Assembly: GCA_963787835.1 (NCBI GenBank) | Contig: CAWBEI010000002.1 | Location: 1,472,001 to 1,536,000 of the forward strand | DNA length: 64,000 nucleotides | Origin: Ignavibacteriota bacterium | GTDB taxonomy: Bacteria > Bacteroidota > Ignavibacteria > Palsa-1295 | Reading direction: 5' to 3' | In this document: positions 46,249 to 55,859 of the stretch, piece by piece | Position numbering within the stretch: the stretch's first letter is position 1 | Layout: the number at the start of each line of letters is the position of its first letter | Notes under the pieces: generated by a model | Databases searched by the model: none | Told to the model about the DNA's origin: nothing | Seen by the model: the letters and a program-made list of their open reading frames with translations, nothing else | Program-made: the position numbers and the translations under genes

Positions 46249-48447
46249 TCACCGCGCAAGCACCATTGGCAGGGACTTCGTCTCGCCGTTGATTCGCACA
46301 AGACATTCATACATTCCATTGCAAATATTGGGATCGCTCCAGGTGAAGCTATGCTCTCCTGCGGCAAGCTCGCCGGAATAGAGATGAGCAACGTCCGCGC
46401 CGAGTGAGTTTACGATGGAAACTTCGGCATAGCCGCTCGAATCCGAAGTGAAGGTGATGGTGGTGGATTGAGAAAACGGGTTTGGAAAAGTTTTTAGACT
46501 GCAAGATGAAAAAGGAGACTCTGTAACGTCGTTAGACTGAAATTCCGAGCTTGCCAAGCCAATCTCTGTTGTAGCATAAAGATGATCGCTAGTTTCAAAA
46601 ATATTAGATATCCAACATGGCTCAATACCATTATTTGTTATGCATAAGCATGAATCTAGTGTCCAGCTAATGCCTTCGTCTGCCGAAACATATAGAATAG
46701 GATTGAGCCAATAGGGATTAGGAGATTGTTGCGCTACCACAAAGATACGATCGTACCTGTCGATCATCACCTCATTAATGTCGCTCAACGAATCGAATGA
46801 CCATCGATACTGCCAGGAGTTCCCGCGGTCGGATGAGAAAAACAAGGAATGGTTGACACCGCTAAAAGCGTAAAGATTGTCTTTAGAGTCAATTGCAAGA
46901 TATTGAACATTTGTGTCCGTCAAGCCACTGTTAGACTGGGACCAACTTTGTCCATTATCAAACGATTGAAACACGCCATTTCCACCGGCGGCGAATACAC
47001 TACAATTAGCGGATGAAACAATGGAGCTAAATAAGTAATATGGCGTTCCCGATCTAGGTTGGTGCCAACTGTTCCCAAAATCCGTAGAAACAAAAAAGCT
47101 CCATTCGGTGTCGAATGCATCGCAGTAGAGCCTGCCGCAAGAATCTAATGTTAGGTAATAGTAATCGTAATATCCACTTGTGTCTTTCGGCGGTAAGCCA
47201 TTATTTGCAGCGGTCCATGTCAATCCATTATCTGTGGACTTTAGAAGTCCTTGAACATCGCTAATAAAAAGTAATGTGTCATCCTTAAAAACATACTCAA
47301 ACTCTGAAACCCCGATAGAATCCAATGCTTGATCAAACCCCCAAGCGTCCCCTTCGTCACTGGAATTAAACCATCCGTTGGATGTCCATACAAATATTCC
47401 ATTTGTAGTTGAGGCGAATGCATTAATTCCTAACCCTCCGATACCGTGACTAATTTTGCTCCAATGCTCACCCTGATCGCTTGAACTGTAGAAAGCTCTA
47501 TCCGTGCCAGCAAATACCCGGCTATCTGAAACAGCAGTGCCCAAAGAAATTGCGGGTGCATCAAGCGGGTTGTCTATTTGGTTCCAGCTTAGCGCTTGAT
47601 CGAGAGATCGGAACAGACCCAATGCTGTTAAAGCATAAAGTGTACCTTGGCGGTCGCATGTCAATTGAATGACTGCAGTATCCGGTAATCCACCGCTAAG
47701 TTCTGTCCAATTAGAATCGTCAAGTGTCCAGATCCCATGCGAGCTGCCGACCAAAAGAGGCCCACCTGGTAACTTCAAAAGGCAATTCGCATGTAGAGAG
47801 CCATTTATTTTCGTAACTGATGAATCTGTCGCAATAAAAATTGAAGTATCGCTTGACCCAAGATATAGGGTATCCCGCGATCCCGCTGAAAAAACACTAA
47901 TTTGGGGCAGCCCATAGTTAAAAGTCTCTCTTTCGCCACCGTCATAAATATTTCTAAACATCCATGACACTCCCTCATCTGTCGACACAGAAATACCTAC
48001 AGTAAGATAAAAATAGCCATGAGATGTATCTGCTCCTAAATTAGTTGGGATAATTATTCGTTGCATGCTGTCGAGTGCAAGACCAGGTAGCTGACCTATT
48101 GAAAAGTTTTGCCAGCTAATGCCATTATCGATTGAGCGCTCAAAACCTCCGAGCTCGTATTGGGCAAAAAGATGCCCTAGATTATTTACAAGAACCGCAT
48201 TGCTCTCTCTCCACTCATCGCTTCGAGAAATTTCCCAGGTTGTCCCATTATCGCTCGATTTATAGATCCGGCCATTGTCCATGGTGACAAAAATATCTCC
48301 GTTCTGAGCCGCAGTAGAGGCAGCCACTACACCAACAGGAGCGCCACTTGCTGGTTCCCAGATCTCCTGCGCGTACACTTCCACCACGCTCAACAGCGCG
48401 AGCGAGGTGAAGAGCATGAAAGCCAGAACCCATTTCGGGAACATCAT
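46249..48447 (-). CDS. BNR/Asp-box beta-propeller protein with T9SS CTD
   Basis: Many S.D.G.SW repeats; FPNPFSQST CTD closely similar to that of 40344-41633. Confidence 0.85.
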   Translation of the reverse strand: MMFPKWVLAFMLFTSLALLSVVEVYAQEIWEPASGAPVGVVAASTAAQNGDIFVTMDNGRIYKSSDNGTTWEISRSDEWRESNAVLVNNLGHLFAQYELGGFERSIDNGISWQNFSIGQLPGLALDSMQRIIIPTNLGADTSHGYFYLTVGISVSTDEGVSWMFRNIYDGGERETFNYGLPQISVFSAGSRDTLYLGSSDTSIFIATDSSVTKINGSLHANCLLKLPGGPLLVGSSHGIWTLDDSNWTELSGGLPDTAVIQLTCDRQGTLYALTALGLFRSLDQALSWNQIDNPLDAPAISLGTAVSDSRVFAGTDRAFYSSSDQGEHWSKISHGIGGLGINAFASTTNGIFVWTSNGWFNSSDEGDAWGFDQALDSIGVSEFEYVFKDDTLLFISDVQGLLKSTDNGLTWTAANNGLPPKDTSGYYDYYYLTLDSCGRLYCDAFDTEWSFFVSTDFGNSWHQPRSGTPYYLFSSIVSSANCSVFAAGGNGVFQSFDNGQSWSQSNSGLTDTNVQYLAIDSKDNLYAFSGVNHSLFFSSDRGNSWQYRWSFDSLSDINEVMIDRYDRIFVVAQQSPNPYWLNPILYVSADEGISWTLDSCLCITNNGIEPCWISNIFETSDHLYATTEIGLASSEFQSNDVTESPFSSCSLKTFPNPFSQSTTITFTSDSSGYAEVSIVNSLGADVAHLYSGELAAGEHSFTWSDPNICNGMYECLVRINGETKSLPMVLAR

Positions 48448-48520
48448 GGTATTCTAAAAACGGCTTGATGTGATAATAGTGCCCGCGCCGGGAAGGTCAA
48501 ATCGGAGTGCATACCGCACG

Positions 48521-49336
48521 CTACTTTTTCGGTGGTAAATAGTTTTTTCCTGTAACGACACTTTGCCCGGTGCGGCCTTCGAGTTCTAAGCGTGCTTTTT
48601 TGGCAATGCCTCCTCCTTTTTTGCCGGCTTCTTTGTTTGGTTCCAGTCCTCGTGCCTGCATGGATTCGGCGATCTGGCGTGTGCTGAGTTCGGCAAGGGC
48701 GGTGAATATAAGTTCCGCCTCGCTCATGTGGTCACGGAGATTTTCCGATTTCAATCCTTTCACCACCTTATGTTCGCCCGGCGTAATTCCGGACCACTCC
48801 TTATGGATGATCGCCGTGAGCAGTCCGTATTCCTTGTCCCTCACCTCGTGGTCTTTCCAATAATCGGTCAGTTTATTGCGCGTTTCCTGACCCATCATGC
48901 GTTGCTGGATCCATTTTTCTGAGCGTCCGAGCTTTTGCCAGTTTTCACGCGCGCGATCGACGGAACGTGCCGGATCGGCGATCTCCTGCAATCGCTCGTA
49001 GCCAACTTTTGCCAGCCATAGCTTTATCGGCTCCGCCTTCGGACTTGGCACCGATTGAATGAGCCGCAGGAGGGTTTCGGGGTTGGCGGCGTCGGTTTCG
49101 CGCATTTTGCCATCCGGCGCGCGCATTTTCAACTGGTGACATTTTGTCACCACTTCACTTCCTTCCTTCGCGAGCCGTTCTTTCAGTTTGTTCCAGTACT
49201 TTCGCGCAGTCTGGAAATCAGCCTGCTGGGTGAGGATCTGAATAATATCGACAACGGAAAAATACCAGGTATCGGTTGCCTCGTCATACACGCGGCGGAC
49301 GCGATGCTCTTCGAATGGAATAATGGATTCGTTCAT
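48521..49336 (-). CDS. Bro-N domain (phage antirepressor-like) protein
   Basis: WYFSVVDI...LT, YWNKLK.RL..EG, QLKM.A.DGK.R.TD.A, LRLIQSVPSPKAEP.KLWLA, NLRDHM. Confidence 0.88.
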   Translation of the reverse strand: MNESIIPFEEHRVRRVYDEATDTWYFSVVDIIQILTQQADFQTARKYWNKLKERLAKEGSEVVTKCHQLKMRAPDGKMRETDAANPETLLRLIQSVPSPKAEPIKLWLAKVGYERLQEIADPARSVDRARENWQKLGRSEKWIQQRMMGQETRNKLTDYWKDHEVRDKEYGLLTAIIHKEWSGITPGEHKVVKGLKSENLRDHMSEAELIFTALAELSTRQIAESMQARGLEPNKEAGKKGGGIAKKARLELEGRTGQSVVTGKNYLPPKK

Positions 49337-49448
49337 GGTGCCTATCAAATTAGTATCTAATATACGATATTGGGTAGGCACCATTCACGTATTCACGAAA
49401 ATAAAGGATTCGCTCTAGTAAAAGTTAGTAGCAGACGGAGAATACCCG

Positions 49449-49536
49449 ACACCCTCCCCCGGCCCCTCCCGCACGCTGGAGGGGAGTTAATATTTGGTTT
49501 CCCCTCCCGCATGCGGGAGGGGTTAGGGGAGGGTGT
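49449..49536. repeat. C/G-run palindrome doublet, family F
   Basis: ACACCCTCCCCCGGCCCCTCCCGC...CCCCTCCCGCATGCGGGAGGGGTTAGGGGAGGGTGT. Confidence 0.88.
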
Positions 49537-49557
49537 TCCATTTCAACACATTTGGAA

Positions 49558-49989
49558 TCACCACATCTTTTCCAGCGGCATACCTGTTTCGAGCAGGCTC
49601 TTGAGGCTTGAAGCAACAAAGGTCCAGCCGGGATTGACATTGGCTTCCGCTTTCTCCGAAAGCTCTTCGTGAAGGATGGTGAGCATCATCGAATTGCCAG
49701 CGGGAGCGCACGTGAATATCACTTTCGAAACGGGTTCCCCGGGAAATCGCGGATCGACCGAAAGATCGAACGAATAGGAGAGCGTCGTGATGGGATCGAA
49801 CGCGAGAACCGTTCCTTTCCACTTTACTTCGCCCTTGTCGCTTATGAGCGAAACAGGCGAGCCGATCTTCCAATCGGAACGAAGTTCAAAGCCGCTCCAG
49901 TATTGGCGATTGAATTCGGCGTTCGTTAGCGCGTCCCAAAGTTTTTCTGCGGTGGTTTTGATGTAGATCTTGTACGTGAATGTTTTCAT
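49558..49989 (-). CDS. SRPBCC/AHA1 domain protein
   Basis: YKIYIKTT.EKLWDALT, SDWK.GS, GW....SSLKSLLETG. Confidence 0.88.
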   Translation of the reverse strand: MKTFTYKIYIKTTAEKLWDALTNAEFNRQYWSGFELRSDWKIGSPVSLISDKGEVKWKGTVLAFDPITTLSYSFDLSVDPRFPGEPVSKVIFTCAPAGNSMMLTILHEELSEKAEANVNPGWTFVASSLKSLLETGMPLEKMW

Positions 49990-49994
49990 TGTAA

Positions 49995-50318
49995 CTATTT
50001 TTTAGAGTGTGAGGAGTGTTCAAGTGCTTGTTTTAGATTGGAAATCGCGGCGACTCGCGCGTGCTCATACTTCGACACCCAGCGCTCGTGGATCTCCTGG
50101 ATCGGCACGGGATTGAGGTAATGCAGTTTTTCACGACCCTTCCATTGGATGACGATAAGATTCGCCTCTTCCAAAATGACAAGGTGCTTCGTGACGGCCT
50201 GCCGCGTCATGGATAAATATTCGCACAGCTCGCCGAGCGTCTGCCCGTCTTTGGTGAAAAGCCTGTCGAGCAATTCACGGCGGGTTGTATCGGCGAGCGC
50301 TTTGAATATTTTGTCCAT
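49995..50318 (-). CDS. ArsR/SmtB family regulator
   Basis: FKALAD.TRR.LLD.L...DGQTL.EL; MTRQAV.KHL..LE.ANL; GREKLHYLN. Confidence 0.92.
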   Translation of the reverse strand: MDKIFKALADTTRRELLDRLFTKDGQTLGELCEYLSMTRQAVTKHLVILEEANLIVIQWKGREKLHYLNPVPIQEIHERWVSKYEHARVAAISNLKQALEHSSHSKK

Positions 50319-50337
50319 TTGAACCTGCTAACCAGAC

Positions 50338-50357
50338 ATGCAACTAAAAGGTTGCAT
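50338..50357. promoter_or_regulatory. Probable ArsR autoregulatory operator
   Basis: ATGCAAC-TAAAAG-GTTGCAT palindrome about 20 nt upstream of the ArsR start. Confidence 0.7.
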
Positions 50358-50387
50358 ATTATTCAAGAAAATTATTCTTAGAATTTT

Positions 50388-50491
50388 CTCCCCTCCCGCT
50401 TGCGGGAGGGGCTGGGGGAGGGTGTGTCAGGACGATGCCCAATATGTTCAGCGATTCCCTCCCCTAACCCCTCCCGCAAGCGGGAGGGGAA
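50388..50491. repeat. Family F doublet
   Basis: CCCCTCCCGCTTGCGGGAGGGGCTGGGGGAGGG...CCCTCCCCTAACCCCTCCCGCAAGCGGGAGGGG. Confidence 0.9.
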
Positions 50492-50511
50492 TATGACTTA
50501 AGAAATTATTT

Positions 50512-51984
50512 TTAGGCTCGCTTCGGTTCGTCCACCATGATTTCCTGGTTGGTATCGGCGGCGAGTTGTTCTTCTTGAGATGTAGGTCCGGGATGTTCGA
50601 TGAGCCGCTTCTTTTTCCAGTCGCCTTTCATATAGATGAGAACCACGATAATTCCCATCAGTGTATTCGCGATCGGGATCGACCACCAAATGCCATCGAT
50701 GCCCATGGAAGTATGTTTGGAGAGGATATATGCGAGCGGGAACTGTAATACCCATTGTGAGATGAGCGTGAGCATCATGGTCATCACCATATTGCCGGAA
50801 GCGCGGAAGACGGCGGTGAGGCAGAATTGCACCCCGATAAATCCCCACGAGAATGCAATGATGCGGAGAAAGATCGCTCCCGCCTCGATGACATGGGCGT
50901 CACCTGGAACGAAGAATTGCACGATCGGTGCTGCGGCGAAATAAACGATAATGCCAAATGCTTCCAGTGCAACAAATCCTACGATCGAGCCGAGCCGCGC
51001 GATCTTTTCTGCGCGTTCCATATTGCGCGCACCGATGTTTTGTCCGACAAGCGTAGCAATTGCCATCGAAAGCCCCATCGCAGGGATCATCACGACCTGC
51101 AACACATTCGATCCAACTCCATACGCTGCCATGCTGACCGTTCCGAAACTGGTGATGAGGAACGTCATCGCGATCAGCCCCAGCGCACGTGCAGATCCTT
51201 CAATTGAAGCTGGGAAACCCAAACGGAACGCGCGTTTGATGTAAATCCAGTCCGGTGTGAGATCGCGCCAGTGCAATCGCACACTGTATTTCCCGCCAAC
51301 CAAAATGAAAATACCGATGATAGCCGCAATACTTTGCGTTCCCACGGTTGCAATGGCCGCACCGGCTACACCGCTCGCGGGGATGGGTCCCCAACCAAAG
51401 ATGAACAGCGGGTCAAGCACGAAGTTCAGAATGACTGTTCCAAGCACAATATAAACGGGAATCTTTACCTCGCCGACGCCGCGCAGAACCGACTGGAACA
51501 TAAAAAAAACAAAGTTGAAGATCAGCCCGATGAACGAAACGCGCATGAACGACAGCGCGCCACCATAGACATCCGGTGCAACGCCGAGCGCATTCAGAAA
51601 GACTGGCGAAAGCATATAGCCGACAATGCCGAGAAACACGGAGATCAGCGCGATCATCAGGATCGTTTGCGAGGCGACGTGATCGACATTTGCATGATCT
51701 TTCGCCCCGAAGTATTGCGCAATAAGCGTGGAACCCGCGATCGCAAACCCCAGCCCAAGCGAGATACAGAGGAACATCACCGGGAACGATACGGAAACTG
51801 CCGCGACGGCATTGCCGCCTAATCGCCCGACCCAAAAGGCATCGATGAGCTGGTACGCGGCCTGTAGCACATTGGCAACGATCAGCGGAACGGCAAGCGT
51901 CACCAGCGAGGGAAGGATCGGACCTTCGGTCAGCTTAGCGTGGCGGGCATGATGGTTAGACGAGCGAGAGTTTGGTGACGGCAT
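50512..51984 (-). CDS. MATE family efflux transporter
   Basis: LTEGPI...L..LA.P, D.FWVG.LG, Q..LRG.G..K.P, N.VLDP.FIFG, GQN.GA. Confidence 0.92.
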   Translation of the reverse strand: MPSPNSRSSNHHARHAKLTEGPILPSLVTLAVPLIVANVLQAAYQLIDAFWVGRLGGNAVAAVSVSFPVMFLCISLGLGFAIAGSTLIAQYFGAKDHANVDHVASQTILMIALISVFLGIVGYMLSPVFLNALGVAPDVYGGALSFMRVSFIGLIFNFVFFMFQSVLRGVGEVKIPVYIVLGTVILNFVLDPLFIFGWGPIPASGVAGAAIATVGTQSIAAIIGIFILVGGKYSVRLHWRDLTPDWIYIKRAFRLGFPASIEGSARALGLIAMTFLITSFGTVSMAAYGVGSNVLQVVMIPAMGLSMAIATLVGQNIGARNMERAEKIARLGSIVGFVALEAFGIIVYFAAAPIVQFFVPGDAHVIEAGAIFLRIIAFSWGFIGVQFCLTAVFRASGNMVMTMMLTLISQWVLQFPLAYILSKHTSMGIDGIWWSIPIANTLMGIIVVLIYMKGDWKKKRLIEHPGPTSQEEQLAADTNQEIMVDEPKRA

Positions 51985-52095
51985 AGATCCAAATAACACA
52001 TATCGTGCGGAAAGCCGTGCCGAAATCTTCCAGGAAAATACTCACACTATTTCGATTGAATAATGTATATATACTTAGTTTCAACGAGGATAATC

Positions 52096-53571
52096 TCAGT
52101 ACTCTTTCAGTCGAAGGCTTTTCATATCCAGCGTGTAAGCCGCTCCAGGGTGAACGGCAGAAGAATCGCGGTATTCTGCACTGTCAAGCACAAACATACT
52201 TACATCAGGACGGTGGGTGTGGCGTACAATCCATGGGTCAGCAAACTCAACAACACGCAAACCCTTCATAGCGAAGACGGAGTATTCAAATTCGTGGGTG
52301 ACTGGATTAACGAGATAAAGTACTCCATTCGGGGGAAGCTTAGGAATAATAGGATAAAGCTGATCCATAATGATCTGCGAACGGCTCGATTCTTCTGCCA
52401 TCGCGTTCGTCTTTTGAATATCCCCAGCAACATTAGCTACCAATGCGATCAGGAGCAATATAGCAAATGAAAATCGGATTGATGCGGAGGCTTGCGTCCG
52501 ATAATAGTCGATCGCGAACCCTAATGCGACCATTAGATAGGGGAGGGCATTGTAAAGATAAGATTCCGATACATGATTGAGGAAAAGAGCTGGTATAAGT
52601 GAGAGTAGTCCAAAACATAATACCGTAACGATCAATCGGCGCTTCGGGGATTTCCAGATTCCATAGATCCACGCCACACCGAGCATTGCAGTTCCTCCAA
52701 CCAGAATTGCTATTGCGACTAAGTTCCGATCATAAAACATATGAGCAAGCAATGTGCTCGAAAACGGAAGCACGCTTTGAAACAGAAAGAGTCCGAAGTT
52801 TTTCAGGATATTAAAGCCAAAATGCATTTGATAGGAACCCTCGCCGCCATACGTAGGCATTGCGGCACCCGCCGAGCTGCGCAAAATAGTATAGACAACC
52901 CCAAGCAGAAAGAAGGGAATGATGGCTATTGCCGAGTTCCGGAACTTGCCTATTGCCATTTCTTGCTTCGGCTGCATGATATAAATGAGAACGACAACAG
53001 AAAGGCACAGTCCAGCGCTCGTCTCTTTTGATACAAGCGCCAAAAAAAAGGTCAGAAGGCTGATAGCCAATCGGCTTATTGGAAATTTCTTGCCTTCACG
53101 TACGTACTCCATCCCTCGATAAAGATTCCATATCGTGAGCGCGCCGAACAGAGACCCCATCATCTGCGACACCATATCGTTCGCGATAACGGGATAAACA
53201 CAAGCCTGCGTGACAGCAAAATATAATGCGGCAATAAATGAACTTGCGAAAGAGACTTTCCAATATTGCAATACACGAAAGATCAGAACTCCCATCGATG
53301 CTTGAAGCGATAAATGCACGATCCGGATCGGCAGTGTGTCCGCACCCCACACCATCTGAATGAACGCAAGCACCATAGATTGAAGTGGGCGGTACCAGGT
53401 GTTATCGGGCGCTCGGTGAATAAAATTGCCGAAGAGCATGTCGCTCGGCTTTGGAAAGAACCATTGAAAATCGTCGCCGAAGTAGGGGATTCGGAGCGCG
53501 TGCCAATAGACAACTGTCAGTAGCGCGAGAAGTCCGGTAAAGAGAAAGCTGTTTTGTTTTGATCGAGTCAT
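52096..53571 (-). CDS. Polytopic membrane protein, GT-C-like glycosyltransferase
   Basis: YFGDDF, WYRPL, ALVSKE, many TM helices. Confidence 0.65.
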   Translation of the reverse strand: MTRSKQNSFLFTGLLALLTVVYWHALRIPYFGDDFQWFFPKPSDMLFGNFIHRAPDNTWYRPLQSMVLAFIQMVWGADTLPIRIVHLSLQASMGVLIFRVLQYWKVSFASSFIAALYFAVTQACVYPVIANDMVSQMMGSLFGALTIWNLYRGMEYVREGKKFPISRLAISLLTFFLALVSKETSAGLCLSVVVLIYIMQPKQEMAIGKFRNSAIAIIPFFLLGVVYTILRSSAGAAMPTYGGEGSYQMHFGFNILKNFGLFLFQSVLPFSSTLLAHMFYDRNLVAIAILVGGTAMLGVAWIYGIWKSPKRRLIVTVLCFGLLSLIPALFLNHVSESYLYNALPYLMVALGFAIDYYRTQASASIRFSFAILLLIALVANVAGDIQKTNAMAEESSRSQIIMDQLYPIIPKLPPNGVLYLVNPVTHEFEYSVFAMKGLRVVEFADPWIVRHTHRPDVSMFVLDSAEYRDSSAVHPGAAYTLDMKSLRLKEY

Positions 53572-53687
53572 TCAAACGATGATACACGTCCCACATACGG
53601 GCGGTTCCGTGTGGTGACAAATCACCACAGCTTATCGTTAGGTATCGGGGTGAGTGAGGTTTCCGCTCTGCATTTCAAATCTCCGAA

Positions 53688-55037
53688 ATGAATATTCTCG
53701 ATCTCGACGAACTTGAAGCATTATCTAAGAAGATACTCAGCTATTCGAAATCCGAATGGGCGGAAGTATCGCTCGATAGCGGCCATTCAGCGAATCTGCG
53801 CTTTGCCGCGAATACCGTCACCACCAGTGGTGCCAGCAGCAATACTTCTTATACGATCACTGCTGTCAACGGCAAGCGCGCAGGGTCGGCTTCCTCGAAC
53901 GATATATCCGATGATGGGTTAAGCCGCGCGGTCGCACGGGCGGAGGAAATTGCATCGCTCGCTCCTGAGAACGAGGAGCTTATGCCACCCCTTACCGATA
54001 AACAGACCTACCCCCGTACTTCGTCGTATGATGCCCGATCTACGGATTACGATTGGGCTTCGGAACAGCGAGTGAAGATCGCAGGGGCTGCAATTAAAGA
54101 GGCAGTAGCACACAATTTTCAGACGGCGGGTTTTCTCGAATCAGGTGTTTCTCATAATGCTTATCGGAATTCGAAGGGACTATTTGTAGCTGATCAGCAT
54201 ACTCGAAGTATTTTCTCGCTTACTATGCGGACAAGCGATGGCCGGTCGAGCGGATGGAATAAACGGGCATCGCATTCGATAGCTCAACTCGATTCGCAAA
54301 CGGCAATTCTCCATGCAAGCCAAAAATGCGAGGCATGGAAGGGGCCGAAAGGCATGGATTCCGGTGTCTATAAAGTGATCCTCGAACCCAGTGCGACCGC
54401 CGACCTGCTGCAACAATTTGCCTGGTCGCTCGATGCAAGGGATGCTGAGGAAGGCCGAAGTCCATATTCACGAGCCAATGGCTCGACTGCACTTGGCCAG
54501 AAGATCGTCGATGAAAAGGTCCATATTTACAGTGACCCATCGCATCCTATGGTTCCGTCTGGCATTTATGGCGATAGCGGGCTTGCTCTAAAACCAACAG
54601 ACTGGATCGCAAATGGAACACTTACAAATTTTACGCGCAGCCGGTACTGGGCTAGCAAATCCGGTAAAGATCCCATGCCCGGTCCCTCCAATCTGATCAT
54701 GGATGGTGGAACGATGCTTCCAGAGGATTATCTGACTACCGTAAAAGAAGGACTGCTGGTTACGAGTTTCTGGTATATCCGCGATCTGGACGATCAAACA
54801 TTACTCAAAACAGGACTTACACGGGATGGCCTTTTTTGGGTTGAGGATGGAAAGATACGTTATGGTGTATCCAACTTCCGCTGGAATGAATCGCCGCTGA
54901 CGATGCTCCAAAATGTGATCGATTCTTCTAAATCGGTTGTAACTGCTCCACGCGATGGCTGGGATGGGATGCCCATGTATGTGCCGATGCTTTACGTAAG
55001 CGGATTTAATTTTGCCTCCCAATCAGATGCCGTCTGA
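53688..55037 (+). CDS. TldD/PmbA family protein
   Basis: NLRFAAN.VTT.G, G.Y.VILEP.A, GLLVT.FWYIR, TGLTRDG, NFRWNESP. Confidence 0.88.
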   Translation: MNILDLDELEALSKKILSYSKSEWAEVSLDSGHSANLRFAANTVTTSGASSNTSYTITAVNGKRAGSASSNDISDDGLSRAVARAEEIASLAPENEELMPPLTDKQTYPRTSSYDARSTDYDWASEQRVKIAGAAIKEAVAHNFQTAGFLESGVSHNAYRNSKGLFVADQHTRSIFSLTMRTSDGRSSGWNKRASHSIAQLDSQTAILHASQKCEAWKGPKGMDSGVYKVILEPSATADLLQQFAWSLDARDAEEGRSPYSRANGSTALGQKIVDEKVHIYSDPSHPMVPSGIYGDSGLALKPTDWIANGTLTNFTRSRYWASKSGKDPMPGPSNLIMDGGTMLPEDYLTTVKEGLLVTSFWYIRDLDDQTLLKTGLTRDGLFWVEDGKIRYGVSNFRWNESPLTMLQNVIDSSKSVVTAPRDGWDGMPMYVPMLYVSGFNFASQSDAV

Positions 55038-55154
55038 GAGCGGCGGCTTATGAAAAAGGGTCGTTGATTCCAGGGTATTTTTATCCCCCTAAACGCAACC
55101 GCGTAATCCGCCGTTAGTATGGGATACCCCACGTCTTCGACGAAATAACCCTCC

Positions 55155-55847
55155 ATGAACTTTCACGCCGCATTCTTTTACTTGCCAAGCATTCTTGCGG
55201 CATTTCATCCACTCGCATCTGTTTCGGGAGCTATCGGTGCATTCCTGGAGCAGGCACTCATGGATTATGGATACATAATCGTTTTTTCTGCGATCATGAT
55301 CGAAAGCATGGGCGTCCCGTTTCCCGGCGAGACGATGCTGCTTATCGCATCCGCGTATGCTGCTTCGACCGGAATCCTAAGTATCTATGGGGTGGTTGCC
55401 TGTGCTGCCGCAGGTGCAATGACGGGAGATAGCCTCGGGTATTGGATCGGTCGTGAGGGTGGGCGAAGGCTTATTCGACGCTATGGAAAATTTGTTGGCC
55501 TCACCGACCAGCGATATGAGCGAGTTCAGGGCTACTTAAAACGTCACGGAGGTAAGGCCGTATTTTTCGGGCGATTCGTCTCAATTGCCCGAACGTGGAT
55601 CGCCGTGTTGGTTGGCGCACACCATTTGAACTATGTGCAATTTCTTCTCTATGATATTTTGGGAGCTATCACATGGGCGACACTCTATGGTTCGCTCGGC
55701 TATGCGTTCGGATCGAATCTTCCATTGCTCGAAAAATGGGTGAGACGAGCAGGGATTACAGTTACGATCATTGCGGCGGCCGCGCTGCTTTATTTTCTCT
55801 ATCTTCGGCGGAAGCGGAGAATGGCGAAGGAGTTGTCGGAACAGTAA
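55155..55847 (+). CDS. DedA family protein
   Basis: IESMGVPFPGE..L, GDSLGYWIGR, VFFGRF...R, F..Y...GA..WA. Confidence 0.9.
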   Translation: MNFHAAFFYLPSILAAFHPLASVSGAIGAFLEQALMDYGYIIVFSAIMIESMGVPFPGETMLLIASAYAASTGILSIYGVVACAAAGAMTGDSLGYWIGREGGRRLIRRYGKFVGLTDQRYERVQGYLKRHGGKAVFFGRFVSIARTWIAVLVGAHHLNYVQFLLYDILGAITWATLYGSLGYAFGSNLPLLEKWVRRAGITVTIIAAAALLYFLYLRRKRRMAKELSEQ

Positions 55848-55859
55848 TACTCTGAACGC

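Noticed and set aside
45708-49336. Prophage (TA pair plus Bro-N gene)
   Set aside because: No structural, replication or integrase genes nearby.
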